A program made the translations under genes and the position numbers. Positions 12,300-26,614 of a stretch of 64,000 bases of DNA are shown here, piece by piece. Source of the stretch: Mobula birostris. Its lineage: Eukaryota. The notes below the pieces were generated by a model. It had not been told where the DNA came from, searched no databases, and saw only the letters and a program-made list of their open reading frames with translations. The stretch lies in the NCBI RefSeq assembly GCF_030028105.1, contig NC_092375.1, forward strand, positions 44,243,130-44,307,129, in the 5' to 3' direction. How positions within the stretch are numbered: position 1 is the stretch's first letter; the number at the start of each line of letters is the position of its first letter.

Positions 12300-12800
12300 T
12301 TGTCTGCGTACGTTCCCAACATTCACTCCACCACATCCCTCAAACCCGGTAACTTCCCGTGACTTTTCCGACTGGATTTTCTCGCTGTGTATTGTTCAGC
12401 TGCCTGGGATATAGTCGAATGACAGAGTGAACACCGAGAGCCGCCCGCCTGCACTGAAGTTTCTCAATCCAAGAGGTTTCTCACAAAAATATCGCAAACT
12501 ATTCCAAACTCGTAACATTCAAACGTGATTGACGGCCCAACAGACCAACTAGCAACGCGCATATGCAGTTACAGGCACCAATCAGAAATAGGGAGCGGGA
12601 GAAAGATTTATCGCCTGGAGGTTTTTTTGTTCGCTCTGCAATGAAAGGTTCCTCCCAACTACGGCGCAAGTCGGTGCTGCCATTGTAGGTCTGGAGGACC
12701 AGTGTCCGGGGTCGCAGAACTGAATCAACTCCGTTAACAAAACATCGTTGTTAGCGGAAACCCGAAACACAGAAAAAAATCAGAACTGCAAAACAAAAAT
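12300..12800. promoter_or_regulatory. putative TRIM45 promoter (CpG-enriched)
   Basis: Non-repetitive and locally CpG-rich, just upstream of TRIM45. CCAATCAG near 12578, NRF1-like GCGCATATGC near 12557, YY1-like CAATGGCAGC on the minus strand near 12680. Confidence 0.5.
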
Positions 12801-13299
12801 AGGAAATGCAATTAAGTCCAATAATTGAACCGTATATCAGTTGGGAGCTCCCACCCAGTCTAGTCAACTGCACAGAGAGATAACACCTGAAAACTTGGAC
12901 GCATCATGCTCCTTCGGTTACCAGGGACGGAATTGTGTGCTGTTCGAGGTACTTGACTTTGGGTCAAAATGATGGTTCGGGATTGTTTGTAGATTCCGTA
13001 GAATCCTACAAACAGTAAAGTTAAATGTCAGACAGCAAAAGTCGCCTGGGTCCATCCAGAGCTGTGCCCCCCGTGTATCTTATGACAAGGCTATTTTTGT
13101 CTTCATGGCGGCACAGAAGTCTCAGGTGGCAGAGATCTGGTCGCTTCCTCGATAAATGCCGTAGACAAGTTCGTATGAAAAGTCTAGTAGCAGCTTGTTC
13201 CTGTTAGGGTGAGAGGTGCACATACCAATTTCAAAGAACTCTGGCTGACAAAAGATTTTGAGACTCTGTCAAGGAAGAAGAATGAAGTATACATCACGT

Positions 13300-14220
13300 T
13301 TAGGCAGCTGGGTACGAATATATCCCTTGATGAATAGAAAAGTGTAAAACCAGATTTAAGAGAGAAGTTATTAAGGCAAAAAGAGTGTATGAGATAGATT
13401 TAGCAGGCAGGATTAAAGATAATCCGAATACGTCTTTTACTTAAATTAACAGTAAAAGAGTGACTGGTGTGAGACTCTGTATTCTTAAAGACCATCATGG
13501 CTGCCTATGTGTGGAGCTCTAGAAGATGGCTGAGAACTTTAATATCTGTTTCTCCTTGGTGTTTACTAAGGAGGATATCATTGATGCCAAATGAATTAAG
13601 GTAATAAATAGTATTTAGATCATTTGCATATTATAAGGAAGGCAGTATTTGCAGCCTTGAAGAGCATTAATGTGGAGAAATCCCCAGAGCCTAACTAATT
13701 GCACTCACAAACCTTATGGAAGGCCAGGGAAGAAATCATGAAGGCCTTTGTGGAGATATTTGCTGTGGAGATAATGGCAAAGTTCCAAAAGAGTAGAGTG
13801 AATGGTTCAAGAATAGTGGCAAGGACAGTCCAGGGCATTAAAGGCTGGAGAGCCTGATTAAGTTGTGGGGAAACTACTGGAGGAAAATCTGAGGGACAAC
13901 ATAACTTGGATAGTGAAGACCTGACCAAGAGAAGTTAGCATAGCTTTGTGCAGTTTTGGGAGTTGGTGGTCATATCTGAGGGAACTTTGAAGTTTTTTGA
14001 AGAGGTAACTAAAGGGAAAGGTGAAGATATGACCATGGATATTGTCTACATGGACTTTAGTAAGATCCCTCTGGGCAGGTGGATTTGGAAGGTTAGGTTG
14101 AATGGGATCCATTTAGAGCTAGCCAGATGGATTCAGAATTTGCTCATTGATAGAAAGCAGACAGTGATAGTCAAAGGTGGATTCTAGTGGGTTGCCTCAG
14201 GAGACCTCGGTGATTCATTG
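13300..14220 (+). mobile_element. heavily decayed CR1 ORF2 fragment
   Basis: DIVYMDFSK...WIQNLL remnants. Confidence 0.6.
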
Positions 14221-14789
14221 TTTATAGGTCAATAGGTACATTTAATGTCAGAGAAATATATACAATATACACACTGAAATTCTTTTTATTTGCAAACATC
14301 CACGAAAACAGAGGAGTGTCCCAAAGAATGAATAATTAAAATGTTAGAACCGCAAAGCTCCTCAGCTCCCCCCTACCATGCACAAGCAACAGCAAGGCAA
14401 TGATTCCACCCCCCCCCCACCATCACCACCAGCAAAAAGTATCAGCGCCCTCCACCAAGCACCTAAGCATGCAGCAAAGCATCAATAAAGACACAGGTTT
14501 GCAGTACCCCAAAGACTACTCATTCACCCAGTTATTTGACATACCACAGGCTCTCTTTCTCCCTAACAAAGGAAAAAGAGGTGTCCCCATTTCACAGCGA
14601 GAGGGGAGACTTAACAAACAACTCACTGATTTACAATGTTAGAAGTCTGTTGTGTCACTTGTTCCGAGCTCTGCGCCCAGAGAGTCGGTCCCAGAAAGGC
14701 ACAGCTCTTTGAACACACAACCCTCATTATGTAAATGATTTGAATATAAACATACATACATTATTAGCAAATTTGCTGATATATTACAT

Positions 14790-15790
14790 TAGATCCATTT
14801 CTGACACCCCTCTGCCCATTCTCAATCTCTCTGTCTCCATCTCTAGAGACAAACTGTCTATCGATATCTTTTATAAATCTAGCAACGCCCACAGCTATTT
14901 TGACTATACTTCTTCCCACCATGCCTCCTGTAAAAAAAAAATTCCCTTTTATCAGTTCCTTCTTTTCTGCTGTATCTGCTCCTAGGATGAGTCTCTCCTT
15001 TCCAGAACATCAAAGATGTCCTCCTTCTTCAAAGAATGTGGTTTCCCTTCCTTCACCATTGATGCTGCCCTCACAAACATCTCCTCTACTAACAGGACAT
15101 TTGCCCTCACCCCATCTTCCTGCTGCCTTAACAAAGATAGAGCTGCTGTTGTCTTCACCTACCATCCCATGAGCCTCAGCATACAACACATCATTCTCCA
15201 CAACTTCCACCATTTTCAATGGGATCCTACTACCTCCCACTGACCCTCTGCTTTCTGCAGGGATTGCTCCCTTTATGGTTCCCTTGACCATTTATTCCTC
15301 TCCACTAATCTGCCTCCGGACACTATTCCCTGCAAGAAAAAGAAGTAGCACCTCCCCATTCACCTCCTCCCTCTCTCCATTCAGGGCCCCAAATGGTTTT
15401 TCTGGGTGAGGCAACACTTCAGCAGTGAATCTGTTGAAGTGGTCAACTGTATCCATTGCTCCCAATATGGCCTCCTCTACAATGATGAGAACCAACGTAG
15501 GTTAGAGAACCACTTTCTTGAGCACTGTCACTCCATTCATAACGAGCAAGGTTTCTCGGTAATTAATCATTTTAATTCCAGTCCCCATTCCCATTCCAAT
15601 ATGTTGACTAATACCTCCTCCACTGCCACAATAAGGTCAGTCTCAGGTTGGATGAGCAGCAGGTCATATTCCATCTGGTTAGCTCTATCTCGAAGGCATA
15701 AACTTCAATTTTTCTAACTTATTGTAATTTTTTCCGGACCAGCTTGCCTCCACTCACCACTCTGCCTCCCCTTTTACCTCTTCCTGTCTC
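14790..15790 (+). mobile_element. Penelope-like element RT C-terminus plus GIY-YIG endonuclease, decayed
   Basis: LSVSISRDKLSIDIFYKSSNAHSYFDYTSSH and QHFSSESVEVVNCIHCSQYGLLY...HFLEH. Confidence 0.8.
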
Positions 15791-15829
15791 CTCACTTGCC
15801 TATCATCTTCCCCTGGTGCCACTCATAAG

Positions 15830-16450
15830 ACCATAAGACATAGGAGCAGGATAAGGCCATTCAGCCCATCGAGTCAACTCTGCCATTCATCATCATCATG
15901 CTGGTCCTTTTTTCCCCTCCTCAGCCCCACTTCCTGGCCTTCTCCCCGTAACCTTTGATCTAATCCTATCGAGAACCTATCAATCTCTGCCTTAAATACA
16001 CCCAACGACCACAGCTGCCACTGGTAACACATTCCACAAATTCACCACCCTCTGGCTGAAGAAGTGTCTCCACATCTCTGTTTTAATTGGACATCCTTTC
16101 TCCTAGACCCTCCCCCCCCCCACCTTGGGAAACATCCTTTCCACATCTACTCTACCTCGGCCTTTCAGCATTCAAAAGGCTTCAATGAGATCCCCCCTCA
16201 TCCTTCTAAATTCCAGCGAGTACAGACCCAGAGCTATCAAACGTTCCTCATGTGTTAACCCTTACATTCCCAGAATCATCCATGTGAACCTCCTGTGAAA
16301 CCTCTCCAACGCCAGCACATCTTTTCTTAGATGAGGGGCCCAAAACTGCTCACAATACTCAAGGTGAGGCTTCACCAGTGCCTTATAAAGCCTCAGCATC
16401 ATGTCCCTGCTCTTGTACTCTGGACCTCTTGAAATTAATGCTAACATTGC
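15830..16450 (-). mobile_element. CR1 3' fragment
   Basis: [32 protein letters not shown] and a (TCTTATGG)-type tail near 15830. Confidence 0.75.
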
Positions 16451-17104
16451 ATTTGCCTTCCCTCATCACTGACCCTCTCTTATACCACTGTAATTTCCTT
16501 TACTCCACTGAAATACCCTATGTCAGACTTTACTTTCTCCCATCAAACCAAGTTGAGCTTAATCATATTGTGATCACTGTCTCCTGAGGGTTCTTTTACC
16601 TCAAGCTTGCTAGTTGCCTCTGGTTCATTACATTACATTATAGTTGATCCCCTTGTAGGCTCAATGACAAACTGCTCTAAGAAGCCATCTCTTCAGCGTT
16701 CAAGAAACTCACTCTCTTGAGATCCACTCCCGACCTGATTTTCCCAATTGACCATCATCCTTCCCTTTCTCCCTTGGTCCACTCTCATCTCCTATTGGAT
16801 TCCTTCTTCTCCAGCCCTTTACCTTTGCCACCTATCACCTCCCAGCTTCTTACTTCATCTCCCCCTTCCCCAATAACCGGGCTTCACCTATCACTTTCTT
16901 GCTTTTAATCCTTCCCCTTTCTCCACCACCTTATTCTGAATTATTTTCCCTTCCTTTCCAGTTCTGATAAAGGCTCTCGACCCAAAACATCGATCATTTT
17001 CATTTCCACAGGTGCTGCTTGACCTGCTGAGTTTTTCCAGCATTTTGTAGGTGCTACTTTGGATTCCTAGCATCTGCAGAATCTCTTGTGTTTCTACTAC
17101 ATTA

Positions 17105-20100
17105 GCATTATTGTTGAGACTGAGGAGGCTGGTGTAGGGGGCAGGGCTTCAGATTCTTGGATAATTGGGATCTTTTCTGGGGGAAGTATGACCTGTTCAA
17201 AAAGGACAGGTTACACCTGAACCCAAAGGGGACCAATATCCTGGCGGGAAAGTTTAATAGAGCTGTTAGGGAGGGTTTAAACTAATTTGGCAGGGGAATG
17301 GGAACCGGAATGATAGAGCGGAGGAAGGGGAAAACAGAAATAAATCTAAGATAGTGAGCAGTAAAGATGTCAGGAAAGACAGGCAGGTGATGGGGCAAAT
17401 TTGTAGCCATTGGGATGAGTTGCAGTGCAATAAAGTTGCAGTGAAATCAAAGCAAAAAGTATCAAATACTGGTCTTAAGGTGTTGTACTTAAATGCACGC
17501 AGCATAAGGAATAAGGTGGATGATCTTGTTGTACAGCTACAGATTGGCAGGTATGATATTGTGGCCATCACTGTGATCTGGCTAAAGGATGCTTGTCTCT
17601 GGGAGCTGAACGTCCAAGGATACACGGTGTATCGGAAGGATAGGCAGGTAGGCAGAGGGGGAGGCGTGGCTTTATTGGTAAGAAATGATATTAAATCATT
17701 AGAAAGAGGTGATATAGGATCGGAAGGTGCAGAATCTTTATGGGTTGACTAAGAAATCGCAGGGGTAAAAGGACCCTGATGGCAGTTATTTATAGGCCAC
17801 CAAACAGCTGCAGGGATGTGGACTACAAATTACAACTGGAAATAGAAAAGGCTTGTCAGAAGGGCAGTGTTATGATAATTGTGGGGGATTTTAACATGCG
17901 AGTAGATTGGGAAGATCAAGTCAGCACTGGATCTCAAGAGAGAGAATTTGTTGAATGTCTGCGAGATGGCTTTTTAGAACAGCTTGTTGTTGAGCCTACT
18001 AGGGGATCGGCTGTACTGGATTGGGTATTGTGTAATGAACTGGAGGTGAGTGGAGAGATTGAGGTGAAGGAACCCTTAGGAGGCAGTGATCATAACATGA
18101 TTGAGTTCACTGTGAAATTAGAAAAAGAGAAGCCGAAATCTGATGTGTCGGTATTTCAGTGGAGTAAAGGAAATTACAGTGGCATGAGAGAGGAACTGGC
18201 CAAAGTTGACTGGAAAGAGACACTGGCGGGAAAGACAGCAGAGCAGCAGTGGCTGGAGTTTATGCGAGAAATGAGGAATGTGCAAGACAGTATATTCCAA
18301 AAAAGAAGAAATTTTCGAGTGGAAAAAGGATGCAACCGTGGTTGACAAGAGAAGTCAAAGCCAAAGTTAAAGCAAAAGAGAGGGCATACAAGGAAGCAAA
18401 AATTAGTGGGAAGAGAGGATTGGGAAGTTTTTAAAACCTTACAAGAGGAAACCAAGAAGGTCATTAAGAGAGAAAAGATTAACTATGAAAGGAAGCTAGC
18501 AAATAATATCGAAGAGGATACTAAAAGCTTTTTCAAGTATATAAAGAGTAAAAGACAGGTGAGAGTAGATATAGGACCTATAGAAAATGATGCTGGAGAA
18601 ATTGTAATGGGAGATGAGGAGATGGCAGAGGAACTGAACAAGTATTTTGCATCAGTCTTCACTGAGGAAGACAGCAGTATACCGGACACTCAAGGGTGGC
18701 AGGGAAGAGAAGTGTGCGCAGTCACAATTACGACAGAGAAAATACTCAGGAAGCTGAATAGGCTAAAGGTAGATAAATCTCCTGGACCAGATGGAATGCA
18801 CCCTCGTGTTCTGAAGGAAGTAGCTGTGGAGATTGCGGAGGCATTAGAGATGATCTTTCAAAAGTCGATAGATTCTGGCATGGTTCCGGAGGACTGGAAG
18901 ATCGCAAATGTCACTCCGCTATTTAAGAAGGGGGCAAGGAAGCAAAAAGGAAATTATAGACCTGTTAGCTTGACATCTGTGGTTGGGAAGTTGTTGGAGT
19001 CGATTGTCAAGGATGAGGTTACAGAGTACCTGGAGGCATATGACAAGATAGGCAGAACTCAGCATGGATTCCTTAAAGAAAAATCCTGCCTGACAAACCT
19101 ATTACAATTTTTTGAGGAAATTACCAGTAGGCTAGACAAGGGAGATGCAGTGGATGTTGTATATTTGGATTTTCAGAAGGCCTTTGACAAGGTGCCACAC
19201 ATGAGGCTACTTAACAAGATAAGAGCCCATGGAATTATGGGAAAGTTACATACATGGATAGAGCATTGGCTGATTGGCAGGAAACAGAGTGGGAATAAAG
19301 GGATCCTATTCTGGTTGGCTGCCGGTTACCAGTGGTGTTCCGCAGGAATCAGTGTTGGGGCCGCTTCTTTTTACATTGTACATCAACGATTTAGATTATG
19401 GAATAGATGGCTTTGTGGCTAAGTTTGCTGACGATACGAAGATAGGTGGAGGGGCTGGTAGTGCTGAGGAAACGGAGAGTCTGCAGAGAGACTTGGATAG
19501 ATTGGAAGAATGGGCAGAGAAGTGGTAAATGAAGTACAATGTTGGAAAGTGTATGGTTATGCACTTTGGCAGAAAAAATAAACGGGCAGACTATTATTTA
19601 AATGGAGAAAGAATTCAAAGTTCTGAGATGCAATGGGACTTGCGAGTCCTCGTACAGGATACCCTTAAAGTTAACCTCCAGGTTGAGTCAGTAGTGAAGA
19701 AGGCGAATGCAATGTTGGCATTCATTTCTAGAGGAATAGTGTATAAGAGCAGGGATGTGATGTTGAGGCTCTATAAGGCACTGGTGAGACCTCACTTGGA
19801 GTACTGTGGGCAGTTTTGGTCTACTTATTTAAGAAAGGATGTGCTGACGTTGGAGAGGGTACAGAGAAGATTCACTAGAATGATTCCGGGAATGAGATGG
19901 TTAACATATAAGGAACGTTTGTCCGCTCTTGGGCTGTATTCCTTGGAGTTTAGAAGAATGAGGGGAGACCTCATAGAAACAGTTTGAATGTTAAAAGGTA
20001 TGGACAGAGTGGATGTGGCAAAGTTGTTTCCCATGATGGGGGAGTCTAGTACGAGAGGGCATGACTTAAGGATTGAAGGGCGCCCTTTCAGAACAGAAAT

Positions 20101-20360
20101 GCGAAGAAATTTTTTTAGTCAGAGGGTGGTGAATCTATGGAATTTGTTGCCACGAGCAGCAGTGGAGGCCAAGTCATTGGGTGTATTTAAGGCAGAGATT
20201 GATAGGTATCTGAGTAGCCAGGGCATCAAAGGTTATGGTGAGAAGGCAGGGGAGTGGGACTAAATAGGAGAAAATGGATCAGCTCATGATAAAATGGCGG
20301 AACAGACTCAATGGGCCGAATGGCCTACTTCTGCTCCTTTGTCTTATGGTCTTATGGCCT
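17105..20360 (+). mobile_element. long CR1 LINE (ORF1 esterase 3' end plus near-complete ORF2 with stops and frameshifts)
   Basis: GFRFLDNWDLFWGK (ORF1), LYLNARSIRNK and IVGDFN (AP endonuclease), DFQKAFDKVPH and FADD (RT), tail (TTATGGTC)n. Confidence 0.92.
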
Positions 20361-20619
20361 TATGGCTACAATAAGTAGCCAGGAGGTCTTTATCAGTTAG
20401 GAAAATAGTCTAAGGAATGGCAAATAGATTTCAACTGAGGTAAATATGAGGCCACATATTTTGGACAGTCAAAAGCTGAGTAAGACTTATACAGTGAATA
20501 GCAGGACATGGACGAGTGTTGTGGAACAGAGGGAACTGAAAGTAAAAGAGTACAGTTTACTGAAAGTGGCTGCACAAGTAGAGTAGCAAAGAGGGTCTTT
20601 ATATATTTATTTATTTAGA

Positions 20620-22291
20620 GATACCATGAAGCCATAAAACTAAGCAGCAAATCTAGACCATTCATCCCATCGACTTTGCTAAGCCATTTCCATTATGCCT
20701 GATTTACCATCCCTCTCAACACCATTTTCCTGTCTTCTCCCCATAATCTTTGATGTCTTTAATAATCAAGAACCTAGCAGCCTCCAATTTAAATACACTC
20801 AATAACTTGGCCTCCACAGCCATATGTAGCAATGAACTCCAAAGACTCACTACCCTCTCACTAACAAAATCCCTTCTCATCTCTGTTCTAAAGAGGCTTT
20901 TCCCTCCAGTCCTAGACTCTCCCACAACAAGGAAACATCCTCTCCCCATCCAGTCTATCTGGGCCATTCAATATTCAATGAGATCCCCCCTCATTCTTCC
21001 AAACTCAGGTGAGTGTCGTCCCAGAGCCTTTCATTCCCAGACACATTCTTGTGAACCTACTCCAATGCCAACATCAACTTTCTTAAATAAAGGGCCCAAA
21101 GTTGCTGACAATACTCCAAGTGAGGTCTGACCAATGCCTTATATAGCCTCAGCATTACATCCTTGATCTTATATTCTAGTCCTCTTGAAATGAATGCTAA
21201 CATTGCGTTTGCTTCCCTTTCCACAAACTCAGTCTGCAAGTTAACTTTTAGGGAATCCTGCATGGGACTCCCAAGTCACTTTACATCTCTGATTTCCCAA
21301 TTTTCTTCCAGTTTATAAAGTAGTCTGTGCCTTTATTCTTTCCACCAAAGTGCATGACCATACACTCCCCTACATTATATTCCATCTGCTACTTCTTTGC
21401 ACATTCTCCAAATCTGTTAAAGTCCTTCTGCAGACTCCCTGCTTCCTCAACGCAACCTGTTCCTCCACCTATCTATGTATCATTCACAACCTTGGCCACA
21501 AAGCAATCAATTCTGTTATCCAAGTCATTGACATATAATGTGAAACGAAGCAGTCCCAACACTGACCCCTGCGGAACACCATGAGTCACTGGCAGCCAAA
21601 CAGAAAAGGCCCTTTTATTTCTATTCTTTGCCTCCTGCCAGTCAGCCAATCTTCTATCCATGCTGATGTCTTCATCTTGTTTAGCATCCTCATATGTGGC
21701 ACCTTGTCAACAGCCTTCTAAAAATCCAAGTAAAAAATATCTACAGACTCTCCTTTGTCTATCCTGCCTGTTGTTTCCTCAAAGACTTTCAACAGATGTT
21801 GTCAGGTAGGATTTCACCTTCAGGTATCTGTACTGACTTGGCCTGCTTTGTTATGTGTCTCCAAGTACCCCGAAACTTCATCCTTAATAATGGACTCCAA
21901 CATTTTCCCATCCAATGAAGTCAGGCTAAATGGCCTATAATTTCCTTTCCTGTGCCTCCCTCCCTTCTTAAGGAGTGGAGGGGCATACAGTATCTAAATT
22001 TCCAGTCCTCCAGAACCATTCCAGAATCTAGAGATCCATGAAAGATCATTACTGATGTCTCCACAATCTCTTCAGCTACTTCTTTCAGGACCCCGGGGTG
22101 TATTCCTTCTGGCCCAGGTGACTTATTTACCTTCTGACCTTTCAGCTTCCCAAGCACCTTCTTCTTGGTAATAGAAACTAAACTCACTTGTGACCCCGAT
22201 ACTCTTGAATTTCTGGCAACTGCTGTTGTCTTCCACAGTGAAGACTAATGTAAGATATTTAATTAGTTCATCTGCCATTTCCTTGTCCCCC
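20620..22291 (-). mobile_element. decayed CR1 ORF2, right-hand part continues at 27628-28700
   Basis: GVPQGSVLG and LYVNDLD. The host sequence resumes ATATCCACTC at 27628 after nested insertions, and ORF1 GRAVVIGDSIVG lies near 28330. Confidence 0.75.
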
Positions 22292-22444
22292 TGTCATGGT
22301 CCAGTCCGTGAAATCCGTATTCCGATTTACAGTCTGGTCCATCGATTCCTTATTCTGGGTTTTCCTGTTTTCCCTTGTTCCATTGGTTGCCTAAATTGAG
22401 GCACTTGATTCTCGTTTTGGGCTGGCACATAACTACCTCTCAAA

Positions 22445-25400
22445 CCACGGATTCCCTGCTAAGTTGTGTGAAATGTGGAGAGGATTGTGATATTAAAGCA
22501 TGTAAGGCAGTGGCACCTAAATGCAGTATCTGTGGAGGGGACCATGTAGCGGTGTTCAGAGGATGTGGGTATTTTATCAAGGTAAAGCAGACGCAGGATG
22601 TTAGTAACTAACAAAAAATATCATATGCTGAGGCAGTAAAGAAAGTTGATAGAGAGCAAAGGATAAGTAAAGAAAAGATTGGAACGATGGGGAGTCAGCA
22701 CATTCTGTGTTCTTCAACTATGGTTCCTTCCGACATGGTGTTGATGACTAAAGAGTCTTTTTTGGCATTTGTTGTTGATGTACTGGTCGGGGCTAAAACT
22801 ACAACCAAGAGGTCGGATGTGATAAAAGTAGTTGTTGAAGCTGTAGAGAGATTCCCTGGTATGAAACAGGTTTTACCGGAAAAATTACATGAGTATATGA
22901 CAGACAAATAATCACTGAATACTTCCCAGCTGTCGGGGTCAGAGAGTACGGAGGAGCTTTATGTGGATGAAAATGCCAATAATTAGTATTTGGATGTTTT
23001 TAATATTACAATGGAATGCAAGAAGTTTAATTGCAAATGGTCAAGAATTAAAAAGATTTGTTGGAACTTTTAAAGACAAGCTTGATTTGATCTGTATACA
23101 GGAGACATGGTTAAAGCCTCATCCAGGGATCACAAAATCTAAATATGATAGTTTGAGAGCTGACAGAACAGGTAAATCTGGTGGAGGGTGTGCAACTTTC
23201 ATAAAAACAGGACTTCAGTTTAGAAGACTTGATTTTAAATCTCACCTTGAAATGATGGCTGTGGAGGTTTGGCGCTCTCGTGGTCAAACAACTTTGATTA
23301 ACGCTTATAATCCATGTAATATCATGATGTTATCAGATTGTGATGAAATTATGAATAAGGTAAGATCCCCAGTAATCTGGGTTGGAGATTTCAATGCCCA
23401 TAATCCTATATGGGGTAGTGAAAGTAAAGATAGTAATGGAGCGGTAGTAGAGGAGTTTCTAGGCAAATTCAACGTGGTATTTCTAAATGACGGAAGGCCA
23501 ACAAGTTTTAATATTATAAATAATACTTGTAGTCACTTAGACTTATCAATCTCTTCCTCAAACTTAGCCAGGATCAGGGAATGGGATGTTATGGACAGAT
23601 ACACACTAGGAAGTGATCACTATCCTATATTATGTAGATTTGGTAGAAATTTGATAGTAGAAGTTGAGGAGAGGGCTGCTAGGTATAATTTTTCTTTGGC
23701 CCATTGGAGGAGAAAGTTGTGGATATCATAGAAGAGATTGATAGCGAGGGCTCCATAGACGATTGGAATGAATCCCTCTGTTCTATACTTCATAAAGTTG
23801 CTCAGTTGACTATTCCACTACGGAATGTTCCTAAGGCTCGAGCATTCGTTCCATGGTGGAATAAAAATTGTGATATATAAACCCATATAAACTATCTAAC
23901 AATTACAGCACGGATACAGGCCATCCCGGCCCTTCTAGTCCGTGCCGAACTCTTACACACACCTAGTCCCACCGACCTGCACTCAGCCCATAACCCTCCA
24001 TTCCTTTCCTGTCCATATAGCTATCCAATTTAACTTTAAATGACAACATCAAACCTGCCTCAACCACTTCTGCCGGAAGCTAGTTCCACACAGCTACCAC
24101 TCTCTGAGAAAAGAAGTTCCCCCTCAAGTTACCCCTAAACTTTTGCCCTTTACTCTCAACTTATGTCCTCTTGTTGGAATCTCCCCCACTCTCAATGGAA
24201 AAAGCCTATCCATGTCAACTCTATCTATCCCCCTCAAGTCCCCCCTCAACCTTCTACGTTCCAAAGAATAAAGACCCAACTTGTTCAACCTTTCTCTGTA
24301 ACTTAGGTGATGAAACCCAGTTAACGTTCTGGTAAATCTTCTATGTACTCTCTCTATTTTGTTGACATGTTTCCTACAACTCGGTGACCAAAATTGTACA
24401 CAATACTCCAAATTTGGCCTCACCAATGCCTTGCACAATTTCAACATTACATCCCAACTCCTATACTCAACACTCTAATTTATAAAGGCCAGCATTCCAA
24501 AAGCTTTCTTCACCACCCTATCTACATGAGATTCCACCTTCAGGGAACTATGCACCATTATTCCTAGATCCCTCTGTTCTACTGCATTCTTCAATGCCCT
24601 ACCATTTACCATGTATGTCCTATTTCGATTAGTCCTACCAAAACGTAGCACCTCACATTTATCAGCATTAAACTCCATCTGCCATCTTTTAGCCCATTCT
24701 TCTAACTGGCCTAAATCTCTCTGCAAGCTTTGAAAGCCTATTTCATTATCCACAACTCCACCTATCTTAGTATCATCTGCATACTTACTCATCCAATTTA
24801 CCACCCCATCATCCAGATCATTAATGTATATGACAAATAACATTGGACCCAGTACAGATCCGTGAGGCACACCATTAGTCACTGGCCTCCAATCTGACAA
24901 ACAGTTATCCACCACTACTCTCTGGTGTCTCCCATCCAGCCACTGCTGAATCCGTTTTACTACTTCAATACTTATACCTAACGATTGAACCTTCCTAACC
25001 AACCTTCTGTGTGGGACCTTGTCACAGGCCTTACTGCAGTCCATATAGTCAACATCCACCGCTTTACCCTTGTCAACTTTCCTAGTAACCTCTTCAAAAA
25101 ATTCAATAAGATTTGTCAAACATGACCTTTCCCGCACAAATCCATGTTGACTGTTCCTAATCTGACCCCGTCTACCTAGATAATTATATATACCATTTCT
25201 AAGAATACTCTCCAGCAATTTACCCACCACTGACGTCAAACTCACAGGCCGATAATTGCTAGGCTTACTATTAGGCCCCATTTTAAACAATGGAGCAATA
25301 CGAGCAATACGCCAATCCTCCAGTACCATCCCCGTTTCTAATGACATTTGAAATATTTCTGTCAGAGCCCCTGCTATTTCCACACTAACTTCCCTCAAGG

Positions 25401-26612
25401 TCCTAGGGAATATCCTGTTAGGACCCGGAGACTTATACTTTAGTATTCCTTAAAAGCTCCAGTACTTCCTCTTATTTAATCATCATAGTTTCCATAAATT
25501 CCCTACCTGTTTCCCCTGTCTTACACAGTTCAATATCCTTCTCCTTAGTGAATACCGAAGAAAAGAGATTGTTCAGAATCTCCCCCATCCCTTTTGGCTC
25601 CACACATAGCTGTCCACTCTGATTCTCTAAGGGACCAATTTTATCCCTCACTATCCTTTTGCTATTAATATAACGGTAGAAACCCTTGGGATTTATTTTC
25701 ACCTTACTTGCCAAAGCAACCTCGTACCTTCTTCTAGCTTTTCTAATTTCTTTCTTAAGATTCTTTAAGAAATAGCAGTAAGAAACAGAAATAGAGCTTA
25801 CAGGAAATTAAGAAAGTACCCAGTGTTAGATAATGTTATGAAATATAAAAAGGAAAGAGCAGTAGCAAGGAGAGTAATTAAAAATGCAAAGGGGGATAGT
25901 TGGAGAAGATTTTGTGGAACCCTGGGCCCTGAGACACCTATAAAGCAGCCATGGACAATCAATCACAGAATGTCAGGGTTATATAGAAACCCATCTATCC
26001 CAGCTTTGCTGGAAGGAGATGTTGAAGCTGTAACAAATAAGGAAAAGGCTGATATGTTTGTAGAGGTGTTCCAAGCGTTACACAGTTCTGGAGAGCCAGG
26101 TGATTTGAGAAAGGGAATTATGTTAAAGGAAAGTTGGAAATTGGACAGGAGTTTGGATGATAATAGCTCCATAAACTTGTTTTACTACCTTCAGGAATTG
26201 CAGGAAGCAGTCCAATCAGGTTCAAACACTTCTCCTGGTAGGGATGGACTGTGTTATGAATTGTTTAAGCATTTAGATGATTCTGTATTAATAGAAATGC
26301 TAGCTTTGTTTAATTCAGTGTGGAAAGAAGGAAAATTGCCAGTAGAATGGAAGCATGCGGTGGTAGTTCCAGTTTTAAAGCCAGGTGAAGACGCGTCTAA
26401 TCCTAGTTTGTATCAGCCTATAGCTTTAACATCAGTGCTTTGTAAAACTATGGAATGAATGATCCCTAACAGACTTGTTTATTTTTTAGAAAATAAGGGA
26501 CATTTTGCTGCCTATCAAAATGGTTTTAGAACTGGAAGATCAACAATGGAATCTGTTGCTCTTTTAGATCATGATATTAAACAAGCGTTTCAAAATAGAG
26601 AGGTAATGGTAA
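22445..26612 (+). mobile_element. Nimb/I-group LINE (ORF1 zinc knuckles, AP endonuclease, RT N-terminus), interrupted by a CR1
   Basis: CVKCGEDC...CSICGGDH (ORF1); ILQWNARSL, IQETWL, VGDFNAHN and GSDHYPI (AP endonuclease); PWWNKNCD joins AVRNRNRAYRKL across the CR1; YQPIALTSVLCKTME (RT). Confidence 0.8.
23875..25771 (-). mobile_element. CR1 LINE inserted into the Nimb/I element
   Basis: ORF 24475-25398 has RT motifs GVPHGSVLG and YADD; tail (CATATAAA)n near 23875. Confidence 0.88.
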
Positions 26613-26614
26613 TG

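Noticed and set aside
13106-13156. ATGGCGGC start of a head-to-head gene
   Set aside because: The frame closes after 16 codons and no supporting downstream exon was recognised.
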